64,000 bases of DNA from a virus. This document shows positions 26,964 through 36,445 of the stretch, piece by piece (position 1 is the stretch's first letter; each line of letters opens with the position of its first letter). The notes beneath the pieces are model-generated. The model was not told where the DNA came from. It worked only from the letters and a program-made list of their open reading frames with translations, and did not search any database. The position numbers were made by a program, and so were the translations under genes. The DNA is taken from IMG/VR virus record IMGVR_UViG_3300042914_002334, positions 64,001 to 128,000 of that record. One strand, written 5' to 3'.

Positions 26964-28160
26964 TTATTGAAAAGTGACATTTTGGATTGCGATTTCACCA
27001 ACGTAGTCAGCGGCGTTACCGAAACTACTTGCGGTGTTGGTAAGCTCCACGTAACCATAACGAGTCATGAAGGACACGACTGGTTCGAATGTTGCTGGAT
27101 CCAGAACAACACCACTACTCATCAATGGAATGTATGGGCAGTAGAATGCTGCGGCATCAGTTTCTGAAGAACCCTTGTAACCAACCAATACTGGTGTGGT
27201 GTCGCCAGCGTAGCTGTCAACAAACACGCGCATTGCGTTGTTTAGTGTTCCAACCAACTTGGTGTTGGTAGGTGCTTCGAAAGTTCCTTCTGTTGTGCGA
27301 GCAAATGCACTTGTGGTAGCACTTTGCAGAACAGTTAGAGCCTGACTACTTACAACTGCCCAGTTACCAGCACCACGACGAGTGCGCTGAGCAATCAAGT
27401 TAGCAACACGATTGATTAGAACTGCCAATGCGGCGTGCTCATCACCAACGAATGTAGCGGTTCCACTTACTGTTGCTTGGTTGTAAGTGAATTCTGTAGC
27501 AGCAAGACTGCGTAGTGACAAGAGAATTTCTTGATCAATTTCAGCAGTAATTTCTTGTGCCAAAGCGGCCATGATTTCAGCCTCAACATCGATACCGTGT
27601 TGTGACTGGGCATCTTGAGCGGCTTCAAATGTCCAACGAGCTTGCAATTTGCGGCTCTTGGCTTCTACGGCTTGACGTAGAATTTGGACGCTGATCTGCT
27701 TACCACCATTGCCTTCAAGAGAGGCAGTATCAGCAGCAGTGTATGCACTTGTAGATGCAGCACCACTTGCAGTGCGTGAGTAAGCCTGAGCAATCTTGAA
27801 TGGGCTCAATGCTTCTTCGCCAGCAACAACGCTTGTTCCAGCGGCGCTGTTGTCGGTTAGACTGTTGGCATAACGAACACGCAGAGTGTGAATTTGTCCA
27901 ACTGGTCCTGTCATTGGCTGAACGCCTACCAATTCGTTAGCAATAACGGTTGGCATAACACGACGGATAACTGGAAGAATAACACGATTTAGAGTTGCGA
28001 TGTTACCTGCAACGGTTGTTCCAGCAGAACTTTCTGCCAGTAACTGCTTGCGAGTGTTTTCGAAAATAACACCCATCATTGAACGACGAGTTCCTTGGAG
28101 ACCTTCCAGGAGGGCTTCCTTTGTTTCGCCCCAACGGCTCTCTAGTAATACTTTTGACAT
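26964..28160 (-). CDS. gp23: Major capsid protein
   Basis: GVQPMTGPVGQI, AKSRKLQARWTFEAAQD, EITAEIDQEI, FYCPYIPL, FMTRYG. Confidence 0.97.
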   Translation of the reverse strand: MSKVLLESRWGETKEALLEGLQGTRRSMMGVIFENTRKQLLAESSAGTTVAGNIATLNRVILPVIRRVMPTVIANELVGVQPMTGPVGQIHTLRVRYANSLTDNSAAGTSVVAGEEALSPFKIAQAYSRTASGAASTSAYTAADTASLEGNGGKQISVQILRQAVEAKSRKLQARWTFEAAQDAQSQHGIDVEAEIMAALAQEITAEIDQEILLSLRSLAATEFTYNQATVSGTATFVGDEHAALAVLINRVANLIAQRTRRGAGNWAVVSSQALTVLQSATTSAFARTTEGTFEAPTNTKLVGTLNNAMRVFVDSYAGDTTPVLVGYKGSSETDAAAFYCPYIPLMSSGVVLDPATFEPVVSFMTRYGYVELTNTASSFGNAADYVGEIAIQNVTFQ

Positions 28161-28188
28161 TTTTTTAATCTCCTTGTTTAATGTCTAA

Positions 28189-29295
28189 TTAAAGCCCTGC
28201 CAGACGCTTGAAAGCGATCAGATTTTCTTGGTCTTCACTCTCAACTTGATGTTTTTTGGCAGTTTTATCACCAGTCACAACGCTTTCAGCAATAATTTTC
28301 TTCTTTTCAGAAGGCGCATTCTTGCTTGTTCCGTTGTTTAATACTGCTGGTAGATACTTATCGAAAGCGACTTTTAGCTTTGGTGTTTGCACGCTTTCTA
28401 GTAAATTACGCATTACTTCAGATTTTTCTTCGTTCAAAGTTCCTAACAATTCTGTCATCATCTTTTCACGAAGATTGGATTCTTTAATAACACGCACTTC
28501 ACGCTCTTTTGATTCAATCAATTTTTTAGATGATTGAATTTGTTTAACAGATTCTGAAATTAGTTTGTCTTTCTTTGCAAGGTCTGCTTGTAATTTTTTT
28601 ACTTCTGCGTTCTCATTTAAATGAGTCACGCTAAATTCAGCAGCAAATGCTTCGAATAATTTTCGTCCAAACGCGTTTTCTCGTGCGGACTTAATGTCTT
28701 CTGTCAACTGACTAATTTCACCCTTTAACTGCTTGGTTACTCCTGCATTTATCTTCTTGGCAGATTCTGCGATGAATTTTTGCTTGAGTGTTTCTAATTG
28801 CTGTTTAGCTTCTGCAACTAATTTAACTTTAGCCTCAACTACCGCTCTCTTATCCTGCTCGAATTCTTTGATTTCACGAGACAATGCCTTTACGACAAAT
28901 TGTTCCAGTTTTTGGCGATTTTCCATTTGTGTTTTGCGATCACCACGCAATTCACTTATTTCTTCTGCCAATTTTGAAACCATAAAATCATTGAACTTTT
29001 TAGCAGATTCGAGCATCTTTGACTGGACTCTAACTCTGTCCTCGTTCAATGATTTACGCTCTTCACGAAACTCGTGAATTTCTGCTTGTAGTCCAGATGT
29101 AACCATCTTGTCAAGGGCTTCAACCATGATGTTTTTGTCATGTTCATACTTATTAGCGTATTCGACTCTGAGTTCTGCTGCGATTTCTTGTTTTGCCTCA
29201 TTTAATTTGGCTTCCCAAGCTTCATTGATCATCTTAGCAGTGTCGTCGGCTATAACGCCACTTTCAAGTAATGTTTTAATGAATTCGGTCTTCAT
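28189..29295 (-). CDS. gp22: Prohead core scaffold protein
   Basis: Coiled coil between protease and capsid genes; many L/I-x-E sites. Confidence 0.8.
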   Translation of the reverse strand: MKTEFIKTLLESGVIADDTAKMINEAWEAKLNEAKQEIAAELRVEYANKYEHDKNIMVEALDKMVTSGLQAEIHEFREERKSLNEDRVRVQSKMLESAKKFNDFMVSKLAEEISELRGDRKTQMENRQKLEQFVVKALSREIKEFEQDKRAVVEAKVKLVAEAKQQLETLKQKFIAESAKKINAGVTKQLKGEISQLTEDIKSARENAFGRKLFEAFAAEFSVTHLNENAEVKKLQADLAKKDKLISESVKQIQSSKKLIESKEREVRVIKESNLREKMMTELLGTLNEEKSEVMRNLLESVQTPKLKVAFDKYLPAVLNNGTSKNAPSEKKKIIAESVVTGDKTAKKHQVESEDQENLIAFKRLAGL

Positions 29296-29416
29296 TAAAT
29301 GTCCCCTTTATAGTTTATTCCGTATGTCTCCGGAACAACGAGATGCGTCATTTCAACAACTAATTTGTCAAACAACATGCTTGTTGCAGCACTACAAAAA
29401 ACTATACTTGCAGTGC

Positions 29417-30058
29417 TCATTTGATCTTTAATTCCTTGATTAGTTTAATGACTGATTCTTGTAAATATTTTTGAATCTTTGCATCTTTATTGAGTTCGGC
29501 TTCTTTTAGATTTTGAAATATTTTATGACCGTGCTTCATTCCCATTAGACCTTCATATATGGCTTTAGGATAAGCATTCGGAGCACTTGGTTGAGCAACT
29601 ACATCAACAGTAACGATTTCAAAATCACTTACTTTTCCCGAAGAGTCATCAACATTACCACTTCCACGACTACTTACCCCCAATTTAACTCCGCTTTCTA
29701 ACATCGTGCTAACGATTTGTCCCATTGGAGTTGGAAGAATTTTTAGTTTGCCGTATCCGTTTGGACCATCCATCCACATATTACTAATCATGTGACTAAC
29801 ACGATCTAAATTGATTTTTAGATCGTCTGGATGATCAACTTCTCCAAGAACGCTGTGTCCTTCAGATATTTGTCTGTTTAAATCTTCAACGGCTCGTTCT
29901 ATTTCAGACACGGGGTAAACGCGCTCATTTGCGTTTTTAACCCCGCCCTGAATGAAGATGCCCTTCATGTAGAGCGCCTTCTGTTCGCCTTCCTTGACAT
30001 TTTCTACGATCATGCTTGCACGATCAAATGTCAAGTTTTCTCTCAGATATAAAGCCAT
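29417..30058 (-). CDS. gp21: Prohead protease
   Basis: NANERVYP, LGEVDHP, GVSSRGSG, DVVAQPSAPNA. Confidence 0.95.
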   Translation of the reverse strand: MALYLRENLTFDRASMIVENVKEGEQKALYMKGIFIQGGVKNANERVYPVSEIERAVEDLNRQISEGHSVLGEVDHPDDLKINLDRVSHMISNMWMDGPNGYGKLKILPTPMGQIVSTMLESGVKLGVSSRGSGNVDDSSGKVSDFEIVTVDVVAQPSAPNAYPKAIYEGLMGMKHGHKIFQNLKEAELNKDAKIQKYLQESVIKLIKELKIK

Positions 30059-30071
30059 TTACACTGAATCC

Positions 30072-30980
30072 TTAAACTTTGCGTTTCTTACTTAGTTTGC
30101 TTTCTGGAACTGGACTCTTTGCCTTAACAGTTTCGCTTTTTGGCTTAGGTGCAGATTCTCCGTGACCCCCAGCAACTTTCTTTGCTCCATTAGGGGTGTT
30201 TCCAAATTTTCCAGCGTGTGGAAGATTTCCTGCACTACTGGTGTGATATGGAGAACTTGGTCCTTTTGGTCCTGTCGGAACTGTTTCAGATGCTCCGCCA
30301 ATCTTTGTTGGCTTAACAACGCTGCCTACTGGTCCTTTTGCTCCAGCATTTGCTGCTACTGGACTTGTTGCCTTTATAGCCTCATGCTTTGGCTGTGGTG
30401 CTTTTTGAAGTTGAACGCTTTCCATTACTTCTTCTTCTTCGTCTCCCATGCCTTCTTCATCGCCCATGTCTTCTTCATCGCCCATGTCTTCTTCATTGCC
30501 CATGTCCATGTCTTCTTCACCACTCATGCCTTCTTCTCCGTGCATTAGAGATTCAAACTCGGCCATGAGTTCGTCCAATTTGTCTTCTAAGTTCATGATG
30601 TCTGACTTAGAGGCAGGCTCTTCATCACCCATGCCTTCTTCGTCTCCCATGTCCATGTCTTCTTCGTCTCCCATGTCCATGTCATCGCTCATGTCCATGT
30701 CTTCTTCGTCTCCCATGTCCATGTCTTCTTCGTCTCCCATGTCCATGCCTTCTTCGTCTCCCATGTCCATGTCTTCATCGTTTTCTTCCATCATGTCATC
30801 TGAGCCTTCGCTTTCATGTGATATTTCATCTGAAAGTGACTCGACACTATCTCTATCCATTAGACTTTCATAGATTGCTCGACTTTGCTCAACGACAATC
30901 TCATGAAATAATTGTTCTGCTTTTTCTTGATTCTCACTTAAGATAAGATCAATAAGTTTTTCGTACTTTGCTGTAGACAT
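30072..30980 (-). CDS. Acidic prohead core protein
   Basis: EKAEQLFHEIVVEQSRAIYESL start; D/E/M repeats; between portal and protease. Confidence 0.65.
   Translation of the reverse strand: MSTAKYEKLIDLILSENQEKAEQLFHEIVVEQSRAIYESLMDRDSVESLSDEISHESEGSDDMMEENDEDMDMGDEEGMDMGDEEDMDMGDEEDMDMSDDMDMGDEEDMDMGDEEGMGDEEPASKSDIMNLEDKLDELMAEFESLMHGEEGMSGEEDMDMGNEEDMGDEEDMGDEEGMGDEEEEVMESVQLQKAPQPKHEAIKATSPVAANAGAKGPVGSVVKPTKIGGASETVPTGPKGPSSPYHTSSAGNLPHAGKFGNTPNGAKKVAGGHGESAPKPKSETVKAKSPVPESKLSKKRKV
30430..30790 (-). repeat. Degenerate 18/24-bp tandem repeats encoding (DM)DMGDEE
   Basis: Units such as tcttcttcgtctcccatgtccatg in two clusters. Confidence 0.9.
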
Positions 30981-31032
30981 TTCTTCTCCTTTAAGTAAAA
31001 TGGCTTTACATAAAACTATTTACACCATAAAC

Positions 31033-31063
31033 AAAAAAACAGCGCAAAATGTGCTGTTTTTTT
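31033..31063. terminator. Bidirectional intrinsic terminator
   Basis: AAAAAAACAGCGCA-AAA-TGTGCTGTTTTTTT. Confidence 0.75.
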
Positions 31064-31098
31064 ACATTTTCTATACTTTTTGATGATAGCAAAAGTAT

Positions 31099-31317
31099 TT
31101 AGAGTGCGGATTGTGCTGGGGGTGCATATTGCTGTCTTATCTTTTTTAGATTCTTTGCCTTTTCATATGCTTGAACTTCGTTCATTCTACGAATTTTGTT
31201 TATGGCAGCCAGAGTGAGTTTTGTTTTTCGCGTTTCTCCCCAACGAGGCTGACTATTATCATTTTCAACATCTTGAAAATTGGTTGGGACTCGATCATAA
31301 AATTCTAATAAAAGCAT
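31099..31317 (-). CDS. Small hypothetical head-module protein
   Basis: MLLLEFY...TRKTKLTL..INKIR; TAAATA 5 nt upstream. Confidence 0.65.
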   Translation of the reverse strand: MLLLEFYDRVPTNFQDVENDNSQPRWGETRKTKLTLAAINKIRRMNEVQAYEKAKNLKKIRQQYAPPAQSAL

Positions 31318-31331
31318 AAATCTATTTATCC

Positions 31332-33095
31332 TTATGCTGTTGGGACTGGCTCTGGAGGAATTGCCGGGCCCGAGCCTCCAACTCCACCTGGACCACCAAT
31401 TTCTTGTCCTGGAACTTGAGTCTCTCCTTCTTCCGGCATATCTTCGACAGTTTCCAAATCACTCTCTATATCGCTGGTGCTTAGACCTATACTTCTAAGA
31501 TCAGTGCCCTTAGATGTTTTTTCTTCATCTTCTGGTTTGCTTCTTTCTTCTGCCCATAGTTTTTCGTTCTTCTTGATTTCTTCCTGAGATAGTCCAAGAA
31601 ATCTTTCCATTGCAAATCTGACGCTAATATATGGCAGTTGAGCAACTGAATTAAAGACATTTACTCTAACTTGATCAATTTCACTTTGTCTGTATGCAGC
31701 AAAGTTTTGTGGAGGATTAAATGTTAAATCAAAAAGTCCGCTATCTATGTTAAAGCCACGCCAACGCAAGAATAACTTAAACTCTTCGTTTAATTTTCTT
31801 GCCATATAACTTTGCAATCTTTCGCAGTATTGATTAAATCTATATTCTTGAATTAGTGCAGTTCCTACTTTGCCGTCAACTAAAGGTCTTTCGCTATCTT
31901 CTGGCCCAGTTGGCAAATAACTACTTGGAACTCTGAGTCCACGAGCAAGACGATTGTTAAAGTATTTAAGATCGTCTATTTCTCCGAGATTTTGTCCACC
32001 AGGAAGTGTAGTGACGTCACTTCCACGACCATCTGCCGTTACTGGGAAGAAATAATCTTCATTTATAGATAATGGATTATATGTTGCATCCAGCATACTT
32101 TGACCACCATTTATTGATGGTATTCTTCTTTGATGTATTTCGTCTTTAATTCGGTTTACAAATGCCATAGCAAGATGACTTGGCATATTTCCAACATCTA
32201 TCTTAAATATTCTTCGTTCTGGTGCTCTTTGAACTCGATAAATCAATATGGCATCTTCTAACAGTTCTTTTTGCTTGTAAACTTTGAAGATGTTTTCAAG
32301 TATGCTTTGTCCAAATGGCCAATAACGGTCAAGACCTTCAGTCAATGACATGTGAACCACATGTTTAGCGTCTATGGCACTTTCATTTATACCCAAACTA
32401 AATCTGCTGCCAGTAGTTCCATATGGTTCATTCGGCACCGTATAACTATAAGGAGCACTATAACCAGCAGTAGGAGGTTGTGCCTGAAAGTCAGTAGTTG
32501 TCTTTTCTGCTACGCTTAAATTTTGTAAATTTGGATTTATGTCTTTGATAATATATTGTTCAGGTTCTTTTCCTTCGCTTTCATTGACAATGACTTTTAC
32601 TACTTTGGTCATATCAACCCAATACAACTTAAAGTTTTCTGGATCGCGAACAAATACCTGATCGCCGTATTTTACGGTGTTTCTAAATATCTTGAAGATT
32701 CTGGTGTTCATTTCATTTAGATTACACCATTGTTGTAGTTGCTTTTTAATCAACTCTACTTCGGTTGTAGTAGGCTCATCATTGAATTGAATTTCAAACG
32801 GAGTATTGTTTTGTTCATTTTTTTGAGTGCTAAACTCTGACAGAATATCCAAACAAGCATTTATTTCTGGATCCACATCCATCATTTCATACTGATTGTA
32901 TCTTTCAATTCTATTTGGATGTCCTGTATATACTTCTGCTAATCTACTTTGATAATTTCTAAACGCAAATTCATTGGTCCAATTTCCAGTTGGTGTTTGA
33001 TTCATCCCTGCGTTCCAGGAATTAGAATTGCTGTTGCTTCCGCTTATTGGACTAAGCGCGCCGTGTTGATTGGTAAATTTGCGTTTGTATGACAT
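31332..33095 (-). CDS. gp20: Portal vertex protein
   Basis: LLEDAILIYRVQRAPERRIFKIDVGNMP, EDYFFP, TTLPGGQNLGEIDDLKYF. Confidence 0.96.
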   Translation of the reverse strand: MSYKRKFTNQHGALSPISGSNSNSNSWNAGMNQTPTGNWTNEFAFRNYQSRLAEVYTGHPNRIERYNQYEMMDVDPEINACLDILSEFSTQKNEQNNTPFEIQFNDEPTTTEVELIKKQLQQWCNLNEMNTRIFKIFRNTVKYGDQVFVRDPENFKLYWVDMTKVVKVIVNESEGKEPEQYIIKDINPNLQNLSVAEKTTTDFQAQPPTAGYSAPYSYTVPNEPYGTTGSRFSLGINESAIDAKHVVHMSLTEGLDRYWPFGQSILENIFKVYKQKELLEDAILIYRVQRAPERRIFKIDVGNMPSHLAMAFVNRIKDEIHQRRIPSINGGQSMLDATYNPLSINEDYFFPVTADGRGSDVTTLPGGQNLGEIDDLKYFNNRLARGLRVPSSYLPTGPEDSERPLVDGKVGTALIQEYRFNQYCERLQSYMARKLNEEFKLFLRWRGFNIDSGLFDLTFNPPQNFAAYRQSEIDQVRVNVFNSVAQLPYISVRFAMERFLGLSQEEIKKNEKLWAEERSKPEDEEKTSKGTDLRSIGLSTSDIESDLETVEDMPEEGETQVPGQEIGGPGGVGGSGPAIPPEPVPTA

Positions 33096-33119
33096 TAGAA
33101 TAATACTCTCTTATATTTA

Positions 33120-35540
33120 TCATGACATACTGTGAGTAAGTAGTTTTCCTTGTATGTTTCTACTTGATGTTAGAGTGTCTTGTATCGCTCTGAAGTTTTC
33201 ATTGTTGGATTTCATTTGTTCGATGAGTATTTCCAAATTTGAATTTGTTTCTTCCTGAGAATTTTTTAATTGAGACATGCTGTTCTTTATTGTTTCAGAA
33301 AGATTTGATATCTCAAAGTCAGTTAGCATTCCAGGCCCATTAAATGCTTGCCCTTTTATTTCAACTGGTATAGTTTTGCCGTCTGGTAGTGGGACTACAG
33401 CCTCTGGACCTGCTTCTCCTGCTATAGAAATTCCTCGTGTGATACCGCCTTTGGCCATCAACTCAGCATGAAAGTGATCTCCTGTTCCGTGTTTTTGTGT
33501 GTGATATCCTTCTACTACTTTTGCAAAACCAAGGTCTTTTAATACCTTTGTTATCGCAATTGCTTCTTCTTTTGTTGGTTTTGGATCAATTGTAAAATCA
33601 ACGGCTTTTCCTTGTCCATGTGCTTTTCCTTTTCGATCTTTATACAGATCGTTAAAAGCAGTTATAGTTGTTCCAGGATACATTTTGACAAATTGTTTCA
33701 TTTTGTCAACGACTTCCTGACTTACATCCCCTCCAGCAACCGACTCGTCGCTTTTAATTTTTAATCCCTCAAATCGTTTGTCACTTGCAGTCAATTTAGC
33801 GCCCGATGCAGATGGGCCCGCTGATGCTGCTTCTGTATCTTTTCTTCGTTCTGCTTCTCGTTTTTTGAATTCAACTTCTACTCTTTTTTTTGCTTCTGCA
33901 ACTTCTCTTTCTTTATCTTTTAATTTTTGTTGCTGGCGAGAAATTCTTGAGTCTGACTGAACTGTGGTTGTCTGTTCTTCTGGGCTGGCGGGAGTAACTT
34001 GTTGAGAAGATTCTTTTATTAAACTATTTAATGTTTTTCGTTCTTCTGTTTCTTCCTTCATTGCTTTTCTTAAATCTTGTCTTGCTTTTACATCTGCCGG
34101 CAAATCTTTTCCTACCCAATCATAAATTTTACTAATAGTAGCGTCTACGGCAGTAGCCATTCCTTCGATTGCCCAAGTGGCACCCTCACTACTAACCATT
34201 AGTTTATCAAGATTTGCCGCGGCATTGTATAATTTTTGTTTTGCATTAGCCAACTCCGCATTTTGTCCTTCTGTGGCTTTAAGATTTTTTTCTCTTTCTT
34301 TTATAATTTTTTCTGCTTGTTGCGGAGTTAGTTCTCCACGATTTACCATATTTCTTAATTGAGCATACTCCTTGGTGTATATGGATGCATCACCAACGTG
34401 CTTGGCGAGTTGTGTTATATTTGGAATAGTCTGCTTGGCTGCTTGTTGAATTAAATTAAATCCATCGGTTGCTTTTAACGTTCCCGATCTTATTTTTTCA
34501 ACTATTTCTACGCCCATTCCACCAGTTTGCATAACAAATTGTCTGGCTGCTTCAGTTCCCACACTTCCACTCATCATGTCGCGAAGTCCCTGTGCAATCG
34601 AGTCAGCACCTGTTGATTTTAGTACTACGTTTAAATCATTTGCCGCATCTTGAACATCTTTTGGCAAATCAGCAAGGGCAGCAGCAAATCTGGTTTCACT
34701 CATTGCCTGATCGCGAATAGATTGAATGTCTTTTTTCTGCAATCCAGTTAGTTTGCTTAGAGTATCTAATTCTTTAATATATGCTTCGGTCCCCTCTTTT
34801 AAATCTTTAGTATTTTTATTTCCAATCAAGCCCCATTTTTGCTGTTGACTTAAGTATGTGAGTTGATAATCATTAAAATCACTTACAGAAATACCAAGTT
34901 TCTGAAAGTTTTCTCTCATGTCTCTACTTTCAATTGATATATCTTCAAATCTTTGTCGACCGCTTACTGCACTTCCGCCAAATGCCGCAAGTTCTTTACT
35001 AAATTTCGTAAGTATTTTAGTGCTATCACTAAAATTCATTCCAGTTCTGTCAACGGTGTCAGTTAAATCTTCAAACTTCTCAAGCACTCCAGATGAAGCA
35101 AGTTGTTCAAAATTTCCATATGCTTTTTCAAAACTCTTTAGTAACTCTTGAGCGATAGTTCCTGCTACTTCTACGCCTGCTTTTGCTATATTTCCAAATA
35201 TAGGAACAACGGAAGATATTGCTCCAGCAAGTCCAGATAACCCTTTTGTTGCTACTGATACTAAGCCACTAAGTGCAGTAAATGATCCGGCGGCGCCCTG
35301 TATTTGATTTGAAAGAGACATGACCGTGTTTGCATATTGCACGGTCGCTTGTTGCATTTTGTTGAGATTTTCTTTTCTCTTTTTTAGTTCCTGTTCAGAA
35401 AACCCAGCACTTTCTCTCAGTGAGTCGGTTGCCATTCCCCCAGATCGACGAATCGCAGTTCCAAATTGATTTATAGCACTCGATGCACTTATTATGTTTT
35501 CGATTGCTTCTTGAATTGATTCGGGTGAATTTGTAGCCAT
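33120..35540 (-). CDS. Tape-measure-like protein with C-terminal LAS (M15-like) peptidase motif
   Basis: Long helical A/G/S-rich body; HGQGKAVDF...DHFHAE; MAKGGI...AGEAGPEAVVPLP. Confidence 0.7.
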   Translation of the reverse strand: MATNSPESIQEAIENIISASSAINQFGTAIRRSGGMATDSLRESAGFSEQELKKRKENLNKMQQATVQYANTVMSLSNQIQGAAGSFTALSGLVSVATKGLSGLAGAISSVVPIFGNIAKAGVEVAGTIAQELLKSFEKAYGNFEQLASSGVLEKFEDLTDTVDRTGMNFSDSTKILTKFSKELAAFGGSAVSGRQRFEDISIESRDMRENFQKLGISVSDFNDYQLTYLSQQQKWGLIGNKNTKDLKEGTEAYIKELDTLSKLTGLQKKDIQSIRDQAMSETRFAAALADLPKDVQDAANDLNVVLKSTGADSIAQGLRDMMSGSVGTEAARQFVMQTGGMGVEIVEKIRSGTLKATDGFNLIQQAAKQTIPNITQLAKHVGDASIYTKEYAQLRNMVNRGELTPQQAEKIIKEREKNLKATEGQNAELANAKQKLYNAAANLDKLMVSSEGATWAIEGMATAVDATISKIYDWVGKDLPADVKARQDLRKAMKEETEERKTLNSLIKESSQQVTPASPEEQTTTVQSDSRISRQQQKLKDKEREVAEAKKRVEVEFKKREAERRKDTEAASAGPSASGAKLTASDKRFEGLKIKSDESVAGGDVSQEVVDKMKQFVKMYPGTTITAFNDLYKDRKGKAHGQGKAVDFTIDPKPTKEEAIAITKVLKDLGFAKVVEGYHTQKHGTGDHFHAELMAKGGITRGISIAGEAGPEAVVPLPDGKTIPVEIKGQAFNGPGMLTDFEISNLSETIKNSMSQLKNSQEETNSNLEILIEQMKSNNENFRAIQDTLTSSRNIQGKLLTHSMS

Positions 35541-35594
35541 ATTTTATGGAATGTAAATAGTTATATGCTATTTATCTAACCAAAAAGGACAAAA

Positions 35595-36419
35595 ATGAGC
35601 AACAATCCATTAAAACAATATTTTCGTCGCCCTGCTATTTACATCAAATTGCCAAGTGAAGGCAAGTATTACGACAAGTCTGTAGTAGAAACAACAGAAA
35701 TGGGCGATATTCCAATTTACCCAATGACTGTACTGGATGAAATAACAAGCAAAACTCCAGACGCCGTTTTCAACGGTCAAGCAGTAGTAGACATCATACA
35801 TAGTTGTGTTCCAAACATAAAGAATGCGTGGGAAATAAATGTAATAGACTTAGATGCAATTCTTGTTGCAATCAAAATTGCAAGTGCCGGAGAAAAAATG
35901 GGTGTCTCCACGGTTTGTCCACAATGCTCAACTGAAGCAGAATATGATATCGATCTCATACAAGTATTAAGTAATCAAAAGAATGTTGATTATAGTGTTC
36001 CATTAAAGATTCGAGAGTTAGAAATAAAATTTAAGCCTCTCACATATTTGGAAACAAACAAAAACAATCTTGCTCAATTTGAATTGCAAAAAGCATTACG
36101 CGATCTTGACGGATACGAAGATTCCGAAGAAAAACAAAAGATAATAAACAAAACAATGCTAAGTCTAAACAAAAAAGTTGCTGAAATTGTCGCTGCAACT
36201 ATCGAATTCATTAAAACTCCAGAATGTGTAGTATATGAAAAAGAATATATTGCAGAATTTTTAGAAGAATGTGACAAGATGACTAATAGTGCAATCAGAG
36301 ACAGAAGCGTTGATCTAAAGAGTCAAAGTCAATTGAAGCCGCTTCATCTTAAATGTCAAAATTGTTCTACTGAATATTCACAACAACTAACTCTAAATAT
36401 AACCGATTTTTTCGATTAA
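35595..36419 (+). CDS. gp26: Baseplate hub / tail assembly chaperone, gp26-like
   Basis: YIKLPSEG, PMTVLDE, IDLDAILVAIKIAS, CPQC and CQNC; ends DFFD. Confidence 0.75.
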   Translation: MSNNPLKQYFRRPAIYIKLPSEGKYYDKSVVETTEMGDIPIYPMTVLDEITSKTPDAVFNGQAVVDIIHSCVPNIKNAWEINVIDLDAILVAIKIASAGEKMGVSTVCPQCSTEAEYDIDLIQVLSNQKNVDYSVPLKIRELEIKFKPLTYLETNKNNLAQFELQKALRDLDGYEDSEEKQKIINKTMLSLNKKVAEIVAATIEFIKTPECVVYEKEYIAEFLEECDKMTNSAIRDRSVDLKSQSQLKPLHLKCQNCSTEYSQQLTLNITDFFD

Positions 36420-36445
36420 AGCTTCTTAAACTCGATCACGCAGAG

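Noticed and set aside
30092-30873. Ser/Met-rich and other overlapping ORFs (30448..30873, 30162..30548, 30092..30319)
   Set aside because: Antisense or alternate-frame shadows of the tandem repeats in the core protein gene
6026-33095. Inteins or introns in UvsW, UvsX, terminase, capsid or portal
   Set aside because: Lengths are normal, motifs are contiguous, and no Hint or LAGLIDADG blocks are visible
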